NCBI GenBank assembly: GCA_046706745.1
Contig: JBJKPC010000003.1
Span: forward strand, 1,280-65,279
Direction: 5' to 3'
DNA from: Candidatus Kryptoniota bacterium
Lineage (GTDB): Bacteria; Bacteroidota; Ignavibacteria; Kryptoniales; JAKASW01
DNA length: 64,000 nucleotides
The position numbers and the translations under genes were made by a program. The notes below the pieces were generated by a model. That model ran no database searches. It was given only the letters and a program-made list of their open reading frames with translations, and was not told the origin of the DNA. This document shows, one piece after another, positions 14,639 to 26,253 of this stretch. Each line of letters begins with the position of its first letter. Position 1 is the stretch's first letter.

Positions 14639-15766
14639 TCAAAAAGGCAGGCGCCAGACGCTCCCGTCACTCATCTGAATGAAAATGTAGTTGCCGGCCT
14701 GGCTGAAGGCGTAGACCCCGGCATTGGGCAAATTCCCAACTATATCTGCCCAGCTTCCGCCGTCGTTCCTGGAAAGAAAGATACCGTTGTCATCGATCAC
14801 AACCAGACTCGAATCCGAAGCTGCGATGCCGATCCCCGACTGTGCACTGCCGGGCAGGTTGCCGCTTATGTCCGTCCAGCTCAAGCCGTTGTTTTGGGAA
14901 AGATAAACCTGCGTCCCGAGAGCTGCGGCGTACAATTTCCCGTTATGGAGGAGCAAAGAAGCGACTGTCGGAGACCCGGAGAAGTAGGGGCTCTGGTTCA
15001 CCAGCCCGCTGTCGTTTGCTATCCAACTCTGACCTCCGTCGCTCGAGAGAAACGTACCGTTCTGGGTACCCGTGATGATGTTCGGGCCCGCAGAGACGAT
15101 GCTGTACGCGCTGCTCCCATAGCTTATCCCGTCATTCGTGGCGTGCCATGTTCTACCGCCATCGGTCGATTTGAAGATTCCGTTCGAAGATGTGCCGGCA
15201 AAGATCGTGGAATCGACCGATGCCATACAGAGTATAGTCTGATAGAAACCGGCGTAGGACGTACTCAATCCGGAGTCCGCTGCCACCCATGTAGAACCGC
15301 TGTCGCTTGAAATGAAAATGCCGTTTCCGCTGCTGTAGTCCCCGATGAAAAGTTTCCCGTTAATGGCAGCAATCGTATATCCGCCTGAAGGAAGGGCTGT
15401 GTCAACCTCTGTCCAGCTGCTGCCGTTGTCGATGGAGCGGAAAATGCCATAGTTGCCGGCTGCGTACATCACTGATCCGAGCATCGCTATATTGTAGAAC
15501 CCGGTCAGACCGGTCACCTGAGTCCAGCTTGTGGAGCCCGTGTTCGCCGGCGGTCCGACTACACTGGTGGCTTGGTTGCATCCTGCCAGAGCAAAAATTG
15601 AAACAAGGGAAAGCAACGCCAGCAGACGGCGCTTCCCGGATCTGCCGGAAAGACCAGTTGCGAATTCAAGGGAAGTGGCGCGAACGGCCCCAGATATCAA
15701 TTCTCTACCACTCTCAGTTGCACCCTCCGAATCCATTATCGATCTTAACTCCCTTTTGAACATCAT
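14639..15766 (-). CDS. BNR/Asp-box repeat beta-propeller lipoprotein
   Basis: Lipobox LVSIFALAGC, plus six SxDxGxxW-type repeats (SIDNGSSW, SSDSGSTW, STDGGRTW, SSDGGQSW, SQNNGLSW, SRNDGGSW). The start may be the internal Met at 15736. Confidence 0.85.
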   Translation of the reverse strand: MMFKRELRSIMDSEGATESGRELISGAVRATSLEFATGLSGRSGKRRLLALLSLVSIFALAGCNQATSVVGPPANTGSTSWTQVTGLTGFYNIAMLGSVMYAAGNYGIFRSIDNGSSWTEVDTALPSGGYTIAAINGKLFIGDYSSGNGIFISSDSGSTWVAADSGLSTSYAGFYQTILCMASVDSTIFAGTSSNGIFKSTDGGRTWHATNDGISYGSSAYSIVSAGPNIITGTQNGTFLSSDGGQSWIANDSGLVNQSPYFSGSPTVASLLLHNGKLYAAALGTQVYLSQNNGLSWTDISGNLPGSAQSGIGIAASDSSLVVIDDNGIFLSRNDGGSWADIVGNLPNAGVYAFSQAGNYIFIQMSDGSVWRLPF

Positions 15767-15979
15767 TTCTTATCTCCTGTACCGGCAGAAAATACTCTCC
15801 ATCGTCCTAACATACAATCCCATATGAATCACGTGCCTCGCGAAGCACAAGATTCATCGGCGGCTCAGACTACTTTTGAATTCTTTCCTATATAGTAGGA
15901 TTTTGTACAGTTGTACACGAAGCGGGATGTTGAAATCTGGAAGCCGGCAGCAGAGTATTCTTCCATTCAGAATCGGTAC

Positions 15980-16711
15980 CTATGCTCCGACCGGTAGGAG
16001 ATCACAGAACCAGAACCCTGTTTCAAACGGATCTTCGGAGTCGGCTGAAGGCATGTCGCCCGTCCCCTGCTTCTGCCGCGAGTATTTTCTGTGGACAACT
16101 TCGCCGGTCCTGAAGTCCAGCGGCTTTTGAAATATCGGCCCGTCGTAAACGAACGAGTGAAATTCCCCATTTTCGCCGCACGGATCGACGTCCGGCGGAA
16201 GATCCTGGAGAAACGACTCATCTAACTCCCTGCCGACGAAACTTCTATCAAGGTGTTTCTCATCGACGCAGACGGTGATCGCCCTGAAGCCGAGTTCGAT
16301 GAATTCGAGGACCAATTGACTCGTAGATATTTTCCAGATGGGAAAGCGACACCTTACACCGATGGCTGCAAGATTCTCTTCCCGGTATTTGCGGAGGTCT
16401 TCGAGAAATATATCGCCGAATACTGCGGCCTCTATTCCATCCGCTTTCAGCCTGCGCAATTGCTGCTCCATGATTCTCTCATAGGTCTGCATGTCCGGCA
16501 TTTCGGGGAGCATGACCTTTAGGAGCGGGATGCCTATACTTTCGGCTTGTCTCTCAAGAAGCTCGGTCCTGACCCCATGCATTGAAATCCGGTTGAAGGT
16601 CTCGTTGACCGTCGTAAGGAGGCACGTTACCTGAAGATCGCCGGCCTGCAGAACTTTGTACAGGGCGAGCGCTGAATCCTTCCCACCGCTCCAGTTGAAA
16701 ACGGCGTTCAT
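15980..16711 (-). CDS. Dph6-related ATP pyrophosphatase (MJ0570/diphthine-ammonia-ligase-like PP-loop protein)
   Basis: The N-terminal PP-loop WSGGKDSALA is followed by GDI.LEDLR.YRE and PLW-like (FPIWK) motifs and CGENGEFHSFV, as in the MJ0570 family. Confidence 0.8.
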   Translation of the reverse strand: MNAVFNWSGGKDSALALYKVLQAGDLQVTCLLTTVNETFNRISMHGVRTELLERQAESIGIPLLKVMLPEMPDMQTYERIMEQQLRRLKADGIEAAVFGDIFLEDLRKYREENLAAIGVRCRFPIWKISTSQLVLEFIELGFRAITVCVDEKHLDRSFVGRELDESFLQDLPPDVDPCGENGEFHSFVYDGPIFQKPLDFRTGEVVHRKYSRQKQGTGDMPSADSEDPFETGFWFCDLLPVGA

Positions 16712-16721
16712 CTAGGATACC

Positions 16722-16761
16722 TTGCGAAGCTGGTTCGTGAGCGCATCAGGTAGCTTCGCAA
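16722..16761 (-). terminator. 10-bp perfect stem-loop between gltD and the dph6-like gene (possible terminator/attenuator, no U-tract)
   Basis: TTGCGAAGCT (16722..16731) pairs with AGCTTCGCAA (16752..16761) around a 20-nt loop. It lies 11 nt downstream of the gltD stop and 10 nt upstream of the next ATG. Confidence 0.4.
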
Positions 16762-16771
16762 AGTACCTCAC

Positions 16772-18232
16772 CTAGAACGTGTTTTCTTCGACAGCGGCTT
16801 CTTGAGTGAGGTAGCTGTGTACGGCGGCGGCACATTTTCTTCCTTCAGCAATTGCCCAGACTATCAACGACTGTCCGCGTCTCATGTCACCGCAAGCGAA
16901 TACTTTTTTCAGACTTGTAGCGTGAGCGTTCTCGGAGTCACCGAACTCGGCTTTTACATTGCCGCGTTTATCGAGTTCCAGCCCCGCTTCCTTCAACTCG
17001 TTGATCATTCCCTCGTGGACGGGATGAACAAAACCGGCCGCTATCAGTACAAGGTCTGCTTTCAGCTCGAATTCAGTATCGGGAATTTCGACGAACTTCC
17101 CGCCCTCGATCTTCACCTCGACGCATTCGAGTGCTCTGACCGCGCCTTTGTCGTCACCTTTGAACGACTTCGTGTTGACGCTCCATTTTCTGGTTACCCC
17201 TTCCTCATGACTCGACGAAGTACGAAGTGTCATTGGCCAGTAAGGCCATGGCGTACTCGGGGGACGTTCCAGAGGGGGCTTTGGAAGAACTTCGAGCTGA
17301 GTGACGGATTTCGCTCCCTGCCTGTTCGATGTACCGAGACAATCAGAACCTGTGTCGCCGCCGCCGATGATGACGACGTCTTTACCCCTGGCAGTAATCT
17401 GGTTTTTCACCGTGTCTCCGGCATTAATGCGGTTCTGCTGCGGCAGGAATTCCATCGCGAAGTAAATCCCCTTCAGTTCCCTTCCGGGTATCGAGATGTC
17501 TCTCGGCTTTTCTGAACCGCCTGCAAGTACGACGGCGTCAAATTTCTCGATGAGCTCCGCCGCGGAGATATCGACGCCTACATGAACGCTTGTTCTGAAC
17601 TCGACACCCTCTATAGTCATTTGTTCGACGCGACGGTCTATCACGAATTTCTCCAATTTGAAGTCGGGGATCCCGTACCGCAACAATCCGCCGACGCGGT
17701 CGTTCTTCTCAAAGACCGTTACGACGTGCCCTGCACGGCAAAGTTGCTGCGCCGCGGCGAGCCCGGATGGGCCTGAACCAACGATCGCAATCTTTTTCCC
17801 GCTCATGACGTAGGGCATCCGCGGCTTGACCCACCCCTCTTCCCAGCCTTTGTCTATTATAGTCCGTTCGATCCCTTTTATCGTGACGGGCTCTTCATGT
17901 ATTCCGAGTGTACAGGCTGTCTCGCACGGCGCGGGGCAAAGCCTTCCCGTAAACTCAGGAAAATTGTTCGTGGACAAGAGGTTATCGAGCGCTTCACGCC
18001 AATGATTCTTATAAATCAGGTCATTCCACTCCGGGATATAGTTTTGAACCGGGCAGCCCGTGTCGCCGTGACAAAACGGTATGCCGCAATCCATGCAGCG
18101 AGCGGCCTGAATCTTTGCATCCGCACTATGGAATCTTCTCTCGAATTCCTTGAAGTTCTTCACACGTTCATCGGGTGGCTTATGCTCCGTTTCGACCCTA
18201 CTGTATTCCATAAATCCCGTCGGCTTACCCAT
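16772..18232 (-). CDS. gltD: glutamate synthase small subunit (NADPH-dependent)
   Basis: [12 protein letters not shown]...[11 protein letters not shown]...CPAPCE..C plus the FAD/NAD motif [15 protein letters not shown]. The start overlaps the gltB stop by 8 nt. Confidence 0.95.
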   Translation of the reverse strand: MGKPTGFMEYSRVETEHKPPDERVKNFKEFERRFHSADAKIQAARCMDCGIPFCHGDTGCPVQNYIPEWNDLIYKNHWREALDNLLSTNNFPEFTGRLCPAPCETACTLGIHEEPVTIKGIERTIIDKGWEEGWVKPRMPYVMSGKKIAIVGSGPSGLAAAQQLCRAGHVVTVFEKNDRVGGLLRYGIPDFKLEKFVIDRRVEQMTIEGVEFRTSVHVGVDISAAELIEKFDAVVLAGGSEKPRDISIPGRELKGIYFAMEFLPQQNRINAGDTVKNQITARGKDVVIIGGGDTGSDCLGTSNRQGAKSVTQLEVLPKPPLERPPSTPWPYWPMTLRTSSSHEEGVTRKWSVNTKSFKGDDKGAVRALECVEVKIEGGKFVEIPDTEFELKADLVLIAAGFVHPVHEGMINELKEAGLELDKRGNVKAEFGDSENAHATSLKKVFACGDMRRGQSLIVWAIAEGRKCAAAVHSYLTQEAAVEENTF

Positions 18233-21200
18233 TGACGACCGCTCCTTCTACGACTTCGCCGCTCGTGCCGACAGCAGTTTGCCGTTCCTTCGCCATCTGA
18301 ACGAGCGCTTTTTGGTACTCTTCCGGAATGATCTTCCAGAAATTATCTTTCTCCGTGCTCCAGTTGTTCAATATAAACTCGGCTCTTTTAGATCCGGTAT
18401 ATTCGAAATGCTTCTGAACCATTGAATGAAGCTCGGCGATGTCGTCTTCGTATATCAGATATTCGACCGATACCATTCCGTGGTTGATATATTTCTCCGC
18501 GATCTTGTTCGGATCCCAGACATAGGCAATGCCGCCGGACATACCCGCCGCGAAATTGCGGCCGATCTTACCGAGCACGGCGACTCTTCCTCCGGTCATG
18601 TATTCGCATCCATGGTCACCCACTCCTTCGATCACCGCGTATGCACCCGAGTTGCGCACGCCAAATCGCTCGCCGGCGACACCGTTGAAATAGGCTTCGC
18701 CGCTGGTCGCGCCGTACAGGCAGGTATTCCCGATAATGATGTTTTCTGAAGGATCGAAAGTAACCTCGGGCGGTACTTTCACTATCAGCCTGCCGCCGGA
18801 GAGCCCTTTTCCGGTATAGTCGTTCGACTCCCCCGTCAGGTCGAGCTCGACCCCTCTTGCAAGAAAGGCTCCGAGACTCTGCCCGGCGGTTCCTCTCATC
18901 TCGATTTTTATCGTGGCGTCCGGCAGGCCTTCGTCTCCGTACTTTTTTGCAATCTCGCCTGAAAGCATCGCACCGACCGTGCGATTGATATTCCTAATCC
19001 TTCTCTTGATATGAACAGGCGTACCGTTTTCAAGAGCCGGTCTCGCGAGCTCGATAAATTCGTGGTCGAGCTGGTTCTCAAGTTCGTGATCCTGTCCTCG
19101 CGTCCGGTACGGGTTCGTCTCGTGAAGAGGTATCGGCTTGAACAGCGGTTTGGTGAGATCGAGTCCGCGAGCCTTCCAATGGTCGTTTAGGCGGACGGGT
19201 ATGATCTTCTCGGTCTTTCCAATCATATCGGTGAATTTCCTGAACCCCATTTCCGCCATAAGTTCTCTGACTTCTTCCGCAATGTAAAACATGAAGTTCA
19301 CAACGTACTCGGGCTTGCCTATAAACTTCTTCCTAAGTTCCGGATTTTGCGTCGCGACTCCGGTCGGGCAGGTGTTGAGATGACACTTCCTCATCATTAT
19401 ACATCCCTGCGTTACGAGCGGAGCGGTCGCAAATCCGAACTCTTCCGCGCCGAGAAGCGCTGCGATGACGACGTCTCTCCCCGTTTTCAATTGCCCGTCG
19501 GCAGCCAGATACACCCGGTCTCTGAGGCCGTTCAGCATGAGAGTCTGGTGAGCTTCGCTCAGTCCGAGCTCCCACGGCGTACCGGCGTATTGGATTGACG
19601 AGATGGGGCTCGCACCGGTGCCGCCGTCGTGACCGCATATAAGTATATGGTCCGCGTGAGCCTTGGCTACCCCTGCGGCGATGGTGCCTACGCCTGCTTC
19701 GGAAACCAGCTTCACGCTTATCCGTGCCTTCGGGTTTATGTTCTTCAGATCGAAGATAAGCTGCTTCAGATCTTCGATGGAGTAAATATCATGATGGGGC
19801 GGCGGGCTTATCAGGGTAACGCCCGGAATGCTGTGACGTATCCTTGCGATTATCCTGTCCACTTTGAATCCGGGGAGCTGACCGCCTTCGCCGGGCTTTG
19901 CTCCCTGAGCCATCTTGATCTGGAGTTCGTCGGCATTGACAAGATACTCCGCCGTGACCCCGAATCGCGCGGATGCAACCTGCTTAATTGCAGATCTCAT
20001 GAAATCGCCGTTGGCGAGGGGCTTAAACCGGATCGAGTCCTCGCCACCTTCACCGGTGTTCGATTTGCCGCCGATCCTGTTCATGGCAATGGCAAGAGAT
20101 GTGTGGGCCTCCCACGAAATTGACCCGAAGCTCATTGCGCCGGTGGAGAATCGCTTCACGATTTCTTCCGCCGGTTCAACTTCCCCGATAGGTAGGCTCG
20201 CACCGGAAGTATCGAGTTCGTAAATGCTGCGAAGCGTGACTCTTTTCTTGTTCTGGTTATTGATCAGTTCGGTGTATTCCTTGAAAGTCTTGTAGTCTCC
20301 GCGGCTCGTGCTCAATTGAAGTTTCGATATCGTAAGCGGATTCCAGAGATGGTGCTCGCCGTCTCTTCTATAGTGGTAAAGGCCGCCGACATCGAGCGTG
20401 CTCTGGTCGACCTGCGGATCGAGAGCGATCCGGTGCCGCCTGATCGTTTCCTCTTCAAGCATCTCCAGGCTTAGCCCTTCGATCTTCGTAGGAGTCCCGC
20501 TGAAATAGTTTTCGACTATCTCGCTGTCCAGTCCAACGGCTTCGAATATCTGAGCTCCGCAATACGATTGAAGCGTGCTGATTCCCATCTTGCTGAAAAT
20601 CTTGAATAATCCTTTGCTGACAGCTTTGACGAAGTTCTTCTTGGCAGTCTTGTAGTCTTTGATGTCTGGAAGGAACCCCTTTTCGACCAGGTATGCAAGG
20701 GTCTCATATGCGACATATGGATTGATGGCGTTTGCGCCATAACCGCAGAGCAGAGCGAAATGATGCACTTCCCTCGGTTCTCCCGTTTCGACGACGATGC
20801 CGGTTTTCGTTCTCAAGCCGGCTCTCAAGAGGGCATGGTGGACACCGGATGTCGCAAGCAGGCTCGGGATAGCTGCAAGGTTCTGGTCGACGCCTTTGTC
20901 GGAAAGGATAATAAGCGAAATGCCCGATCTAACCGCCTCTACAGCTTCGTTGCAGATCTGGTCCATTCGTTCCCGCATATTGTGTCGCACGCCGGGATTG
21001 AAAAGGAGTGGAATCGTTATCGACTTGAAATGTCCCTTCGCGATATTCCTGATCTTCTCCATCTGGGAATTAGACAGGAGTGGATGTTCAAGCTCGAGCC
21101 TGTGTGCATGCAGAGGGGTCTCAGCGAGAAGATTTTGTTCCGGGCCGACGTATGTCGTAAGCTCCATTACGAGTTCCTCACGAATCGAATCTATAGGTGG

Positions 21201-22823
21201 ATTCGTGACCTGTGCGAAGAGCTGCTTGAAATACCGGAACAGCATCTGCGGGCGTTCGGACAACACTGCTAGAGCCGCATCGCTTCCCATCGAGCCGACC
21301 GCCTCCTGTCCGTTCAGGGCCATGGGGAGGATCACTTGAAACAGATCTTCCTTCGTATAACCAAATATCCGCTGCCTCATGTGAAGGGTCTCGAAGTCCG
21401 CATTATAAATGGAATCCGGCGTCGGCAGGTGAGTAAGGTTGATCATGTTATCCTTTACCCACTTGCGATAGGGTTTCTTCGTCACTATTTCCTTTTTGAC
21501 TTCTTCATCTTCTATGATCCTTCCCTGCTTCAAGTCGAGTATGAACATGCGGCCAGGCTGGAGTTTCCCTTTTCTCTCGACGTTATCCGCATCCACGCTG
21601 AAAGTCCCGGCTTCCGATGTCAGCACCACAAGACCGTCTTTGGTTACGACGTACCTCGAAGGGCGCAGACCGTTGCGATCAAGTGTAGCGCCTATGATGT
21701 TCCCGTCGGTAAACACGACCGCGGCCGGCCCGTCCCACGGTTCCATCATAGTTGCGTGATACTCGTAGAACGCCTTCCTATCTGGGTCCATCAAGTCGTT
21801 CTTGGACCATGCCTCGGGAATCATCATCATCATCGCATGCGGCAGACTCCTGCCGCTGAGGGTGAGAAGCTCAAGCACCGAATCAAAGGTTGCTGAGTCG
21901 CTCTGCCCTTCCATTATGATTGGAAGCATTCTCTTCAGGTCCTTGCCGAAGTAAGGCGACTCCATTACGTGCTGGCGCGCCGCCATCCAGTTCTTGTTGC
22001 CGCGTAAAGTATTTATTTCGCCGTTGTGCGCGATCATTCTGAACGGGTGGGCAAGATCCCATGTGGGGAAGGTATTCGTTGAAAACCGGAGATGGAGCAT
22101 CGTCATCGCGGATTTCATGTCCTTGTCGTTCAAATCCCTGTAAAACGCAGTGAGCTGCGGCGCCAGAAGCATTCCTTTATATACCAGCGTCTTGCATGAG
22201 AACGAAGGGACGTAATATTCGCTGCGGTCGCAATCCAGCTCGGCTCTGACGCGATGGTCTATTATCCTTCTTATGGCATAGAGCTTCCTCTCGAACTCGT
22301 CCCGATCCGTCATGTTTCTGGCAGCCCCTATGAAGCATTGTCTTATGAATGGCTGTGTCGCGCGCGCACCCTTTCCGGGGACCGTAGGATCCACGGGTAC
22401 GTCTCTCCAGCCGAGAAACTTCTGATTTTCGTCGATGACTATTTTCTCGACTATATTTTCGACGGCCTTCCTTCTTATCGGATCCTGAGGAAGGAACATC
22501 ATACCCACTCCGTATTTTCCTTCGGCAGGGAGTTTGATTTTCTTTTCGGCAGCGACCTTACGGATGAACTCGTCGGGCATTTGAATCAGGATTCCCGAAC
22601 CGTCGCCCGTTTCCGGATCTGCACCGACGGCGCCCCTATGTTGGAGGTTCTTCAGAATATCGAGCCCCTTATCTATGATGGAACGCGACTTCCTCCCCTT
22701 CACGTCCGCAACGAATCCCATTCCGCAAGCGTCGTGCTCCCAAGCCGGATCATACATTCCCTTGCTCATCGTCTCCATTTTCTTATCATCCTTGTCCTTC
22801 TGGTGCCTTTTCTCGTCAGCCAT
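18225..22823 (-). CDS. gltB: glutamate synthase large subunit
   Basis: The N-terminal amidotransferase Cys is in [11 protein letters not shown], and the sequence is co-linear with GltB through the FMN and GXGXG domains. I take the start at ATG 22823 (M22 of the track ORF) because AGGAG lies 9 nt upstream. Confidence 0.95.
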   Translation of the reverse strand: MADEKRHQKDKDDKKMETMSKGMYDPAWEHDACGMGFVADVKGRKSRSIIDKGLDILKNLQHRGAVGADPETGDGSGILIQMPDEFIRKVAAEKKIKLPAEGKYGVGMMFLPQDPIRRKAVENIVEKIVIDENQKFLGWRDVPVDPTVPGKGARATQPFIRQCFIGAARNMTDRDEFERKLYAIRRIIDHRVRAELDCDRSEYYVPSFSCKTLVYKGMLLAPQLTAFYRDLNDKDMKSAMTMLHLRFSTNTFPTWDLAHPFRMIAHNGEINTLRGNKNWMAARQHVMESPYFGKDLKRMLPIIMEGQSDSATFDSVLELLTLSGRSLPHAMMMMIPEAWSKNDLMDPDRKAFYEYHATMMEPWDGPAAVVFTDGNIIGATLDRNGLRPSRYVVTKDGLVVLTSEAGTFSVDADNVERKGKLQPGRMFILDLKQGRIIEDEEVKKEIVTKKPYRKWVKDNMINLTHLPTPDSIYNADFETLHMRQRIFGYTKEDLFQVILPMALNGQEAVGSMGSDAALAVLSERPQMLFRYFKQLFAQVTNPPIDSIREELVMELTTYVGPEQNLLAETPLHAHRLELEHPLLSNSQMEKIRNIAKGHFKSITIPLLFNPGVRHNMRERMDQICNEAVEAVRSGISLIILSDKGVDQNLAAIPSLLATSGVHHALLRAGLRTKTGIVVETGEPREVHHFALLCGYGANAINPYVAYETLAYLVEKGFLPDIKDYKTAKKNFVKAVSKGLFKIFSKMGISTLQSYCGAQIFEAVGLDSEIVENYFSGTPTKIEGLSLEMLEEETIRRHRIALDPQVDQSTLDVGGLYHYRRDGEHHLWNPLTISKLQLSTSRGDYKTFKEYTELINNQNKKRVTLRSIYELDTSGASLPIGEVEPAEEIVKRFSTGAMSFGSISWEAHTSLAIAMNRIGGKSNTGEGGEDSIRFKPLANGDFMRSAIKQVASARFGVTAEYLVNADELQIKMAQGAKPGEGGQLPGFKVDRIIARIRHSIPGVTLISPPPHHDIYSIEDLKQLIFDLKNINPKARISVKLVSEAGVGTIAAGVAKAHADHILICGHDGGTGASPISSIQYAGTPWELGLSEAHQTLMLNGLRDRVYLAADGQLKTGRDVVIAALLGAEEFGFATAPLVTQGCIMMRKCHLNTCPTGVATQNPELRKKFIGKPEYVVNFMFYIAEEVRELMAEMGFRKFTDMIGKTEKIIPVRLNDHWKARGLDLTKPLFKPIPLHETNPYRTRGQDHELENQLDHEFIELARPALENGTPVHIKRRIRNINRTVGAMLSGEIAKKYGDEGLPDATIKIEMRGTAGQSLGAFLARGVELDLTGESNDYTGKGLSGGRLIVKVPPEVTFDPSENIIIGNTCLYGATSGEAYFNGVAGERFGVRNSGAYAVIEGVGDHGCEYMTGGRVAVLGKIGRNFAAGMSGGIAYVWDPNKIAEKYINHGMVSVEYLIYEDDIAELHSMVQKHFEYTGSKRAEFILNNWSTEKDNFWKIIPEEYQKALVQMAKERQTAVGTSGEVVEGAVVNG

Positions 22824-23121
22824 TTTACCACTCCTGAAAAAAATTTTTCTCATTATATTAATAACTCCGCGGGAGGTTGTTTGCAAGCAAATTTTCGATC
22901 CCTCTCAACTTTTGGCCTTACAAATTAAAGTTTTGGGGCAAAAATTTGCAATTAGTAAGGGGAAATCGGCCGCGAGCGTTCTATGAGGATACTTTTTCAG
23001 CTTTCCGGCGACTGACGGCCGGAGATCCAAAACGCGGGCCGGTGGATCGGGCCCAGACAACCACCCTTATCGTCCACCCCGGTATTAAGACCCGGGGAGA
23101 TGAAGAAGGATCGAATAATGG

Positions 23122-24675
23122 TTACTTCCAATCCTTGAATGGTTCGAGGTGCCTATGGAAATGCTTGATCAAAAGCTCGTAGTGCAGATTTTCGTTTTGA
23201 TCAAGACATTCGTAAATCCGGTTTCTGAAAACATATTGGGATGTCCTGTTCTTTTCCGTCAGTACCCTGCCGTACGTCACGTGGAGCACCTGGCGAACAT
23301 CCTCAGATGAGAAGAGCCCTTCGAGTTCAGAGTCTTTGTAGTCTTTGCCCGCCTTGATCTTTCTCATGTCAGCCGAGACGAAGTAACTCTTCCTCTCTGT
23401 GTCATAGAGACTGACGGAAAAATCTAGTATCCTTCTGAACAGTTCCGGCTCGCGCATCGCCACAACTTTCAGCGCTTCGAGATAGCTTGTGCCGGCAGTC
23501 TTCACGTGGATCAGGGCTTGCGGAAGAGATCCGACCGCTTCGTACACCCTGAACTTGTCACTGCCTGAGTGAAAGCTGATCTTGTACGTTCCGAAATATT
23601 TCGCTATTGCGACATGCTTCAGATAGTGATCCTTAAAAAGCTCAATGTCCCCTTTGTATTCGATCCCCTTTTCGAAATCTCCGACGAAACGCGGTGCGAG
23701 GCTGACGAAGGCCACCCCCATTCTCTTCAGCTCGCTCGCAATGAAGTAATGTTCGAACGGCGTGGTGACCGTGTCAGTCTCATCTATGGATACTTCTATT
23801 TCACAGGAATAATCCGAGTGGTTCGTCCTCAAGTGTGTGTGTATTCTTCTGATATTCACGATTGCGGCCATATATTTCAGGCAAGCTTCCCTGACTTCTC
23901 TCTCCGTAGCCGTTATCGAGTGAGATCCGTCCAGCTTTGTTGTCCTGTTCTTGTATCTCCCAAGCAGAGTTTCAAAAGTATCGCCAAATTCCTCCCACGG
24001 CAGGGTGCTGACTCTCTTCGAAAGCTCATCGTCGTTCAGCTCGGTCACACCGTTCACGACATGATCGCTCGGATCTATAGTGAACATGGTATAGCCTGCC
24101 TTTACGAGTCGATCGACATCTTCGGTGGTCTTAAGATGATCCGCGTCGGCACCGAAACCGTCCTTGTAGCCTTCCTGAAAGACAGCCCAAACGGCCGCGT
24201 CCATCACGTCCTCGGGGGTGCGCACAGTACGCGTCAATTCGCGTATCGATTGCTGTGCCATTATCGGCCTGAAGTTGTATCCCCTCAATGCCCTGAGGTG
24301 CCCCGCGTTTGCCAAGCCGAGTCTGTCTCCAAATCCGTACGAGTTGTGAAGACCTATCGCCACGGGCCTCGTGAACTGAAACAATCCCTGCAACGCCAGA
24401 ACGTTGTTATGGCTCAGAGCGCACCTCTTCAGGCTCACAGTCTTCCCGTTCGACGCAAGTTTACCCATATCTTCCCCATCAAATTTCGAAATTATCGCGC
24501 CGGGATTTCCCGTCGACACCAGATAAAGGTGCTTCTTCCCCTTTTCGCGCCCCATGAACACCCTCGTCCCTCCTATCTCATTCACCGAGTTCGGATAAGC
24601 TTCGATTGAGAAACCGTTTCCGAAGGCCATTGTCGAAAGCCCGTTTGATGTGGCCGCATTAATATCGCTTTTCAT
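23122..24675 (-). CDS. uxaE: tagaturonate/fructuronate epimerase (UxaE family)
   Basis: 517 aa. GFGDRLG...QQSIRELTRT...GFGADADHLKTTEDVDRLVKAGYTMFTIDPSDHV...HSGSDKF...HVKTAGTSYLEALKV is co-linear with my recollection of Thermotoga maritima UxaE. Confidence 0.8.
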   Translation of the reverse strand: MKSDINAATSNGLSTMAFGNGFSIEAYPNSVNEIGGTRVFMGREKGKKHLYLVSTGNPGAIISKFDGEDMGKLASNGKTVSLKRCALSHNNVLALQGLFQFTRPVAIGLHNSYGFGDRLGLANAGHLRALRGYNFRPIMAQQSIRELTRTVRTPEDVMDAAVWAVFQEGYKDGFGADADHLKTTEDVDRLVKAGYTMFTIDPSDHVVNGVTELNDDELSKRVSTLPWEEFGDTFETLLGRYKNRTTKLDGSHSITATEREVREACLKYMAAIVNIRRIHTHLRTNHSDYSCEIEVSIDETDTVTTPFEHYFIASELKRMGVAFVSLAPRFVGDFEKGIEYKGDIELFKDHYLKHVAIAKYFGTYKISFHSGSDKFRVYEAVGSLPQALIHVKTAGTSYLEALKVVAMREPELFRRILDFSVSLYDTERKSYFVSADMRKIKAGKDYKDSELEGLFSSEDVRQVLHVTYGRVLTEKNRTSQYVFRNRIYECLDQNENLHYELLIKHFHRHLEPFKDWK

Positions 24676-24717
24676 CTTAGTCCCTCGATCAATTTGTTTC
24701 GATTTAATGCATAAGTC

Positions 24718-25042
24718 CTACAAATTTGTAACAGGCCTGTGCCGCTGCACAGAAGCCTTCATTATCGCCCATGCCACCAGGCAACTCAGCCCACAAATCA
24801 CGAACGTGATCATGTAAGCGTGCTGCGGATCGGCTTTGAACATGTCGATAAGGTATCCGGCCAGAAGCTGTATGATGACGCCGCCGATTCCACCCGCAGT
24901 CGTACCTATGCCGATTATTGAAGCATTGGCTTTTCGGGGAAACATATCCGATACAGGCGTAAAAAGATTAGCCCACCACGCCTGATGAGCGGTCGTTCCT
25001 ATGCAGATCATGGCGACAGCGAGCATGATCCATGGCGGTCTT
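24718..25042 (-). pseudogene. 5'-truncated remnant of an MFS hexuronate (ExuT-like) transporter
   Basis: Only about 105 C-terminal codons remain (MLAVAMICIGTTAHQAWWANLFTPVSDMFPRKANASIIGIGTTAGGIGGVIIQLLAGYLID...), corresponding to the last 3 TM helices of a roughly 430-aa MFS protein. The upstream sequence is the 3' end of kdgK in another frame. Confidence 0.6.
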
Positions 25043-26077
25043 CTATCTCTCGACTCTGCCCGAGCCGCTCCCCTTGGCAAGCTTGTCCACCTCTTCAACG
25101 GAGACGAGGTTGAAATCTCCCGGGATAGAGTGTTTCAAACAGGATGCAGCCGTGGCAAACTCAAGCGCATCACGGGAGTTCTCTTTGGTGAGCAGGCCGT
25201 ATATGAGCCCGGCGGAAAAGGAATCGCCTCCGCCGACCCTGTCAACGACCTGAATATCGTATCTTCTGGAACGGTAAGGCACGTTGCAGTCTGCATCGTC
25301 GTGCAGAAGTGCGCTCCATCCGTTCCGCGAAGCCGAGTGGCTCTCGCGCAACGTGATGGCTACCGATTTGAACTCGAACTTCTCTTTGAGTTTCCTTGAC
25401 AGTTCGAAGAAACCTTCTTCGTCAAGTTCCCCTCCCTCGACGTCGGTCGATCCAGCCCTGAATCCGAGGCTCTTCTCCGCATCTTCTTCATTCCCGATGC
25501 ACACGTCCACATATTCCATTAGCGGCACCATTACCGACTGCGCCTCCTTCGTGGTCCAGAGTTTCGCTCTGAAGTTCAAGTCGGCACTCACAGTCACGCC
25601 ATTCTTCTTCGCCGCGAGACAGGCCGTCTTTAATGCTTCACGGACTTTCGCGCCGAGCGCAGGAGTGATCCCTGTCCAGTGAAACCACTTCGCTCCGCCG
25701 AAGACCGCGTTCCAATCCAGGTCGTCTTTCCCGAGTTGGGTAACAGCCGAGTCTGCCCTGTCATAAATGACTTTTGAAGCCCTCTGACTCGCACCGCTCT
25801 CGAGGAAGTAAATGCCCAGCCTAGCTCCTCCGCGAACAACATAGTCCGTTCTTACGCCGAAGCGGCGGAGGCTGTTCAACGCCGATTGGCCGATCTCGTG
25901 AGTCGGGAGTTTGGAAACGAAATAGCTTTCGAGTCCGTAGTTGGCAAGCGACACAGCTACGTTAGCTTCGCCACCGCCGTAGTTGACGTCGAACTGCTGC
26001 GATTGTACGAACCGGGTGTAGCCCGGGGTGGAGAGACGAAGCATTATCTCTCCCATGGTTACTACCTTATCTGCCAT
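25043..26077 (-). CDS. kdgK: 2-dehydro-3-deoxygluconokinase (PfkB family)
   Basis: MADKVVTMGEIMLRLSTPG...NYGGGEANVAVSLA...GASQRASKVIYDR...GGGDSF motifs. The start is taken at ATG 26077 (M10 of the track ORF). Confidence 0.85.
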   Translation of the reverse strand: MADKVVTMGEIMLRLSTPGYTRFVQSQQFDVNYGGGEANVAVSLANYGLESYFVSKLPTHEIGQSALNSLRRFGVRTDYVVRGGARLGIYFLESGASQRASKVIYDRADSAVTQLGKDDLDWNAVFGGAKWFHWTGITPALGAKVREALKTACLAAKKNGVTVSADLNFRAKLWTTKEAQSVMVPLMEYVDVCIGNEEDAEKSLGFRAGSTDVEGGELDEEGFFELSRKLKEKFEFKSVAITLRESHSASRNGWSALLHDDADCNVPYRSRRYDIQVVDRVGGGDSFSAGLIYGLLTKENSRDALEFATAASCLKHSIPGDFNLVSVEEVDKLAKGSGSGRVER

Positions 26078-26253
26078 ATGAATTCCTTTTTTCCTTGCCG
26101 GCATGGCCGGGCTCCAAAATTATCTGCCGAAAAATGCAAATATGATTGGCTAGCGGACAAAGTCCGCCGCACAGCGTAACCGGGAAAAAGGCGAAAACCG
26201 GCATGTCTAAATCGAGGATGTGAACCTCTCGCGTGAAGAGGCAATCGCACAGA

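Noticed and set aside
22887-23121. Search for a sigma54 (TGGCAC-N5-TTGC) or Bacteroidetes-type (TAnnTTTG) promoter upstream of gltB
   Set aside because: Only partial matches are present (TTAATTTG, TTGCAAATTTTTGCC). They are not good enough to call.
23569-24609. 346-aa + ORF inside uxaE
   Set aside because: It is an antisense shadow ORF with no motifs. The minus-strand UxaE translation is strongly family-like.
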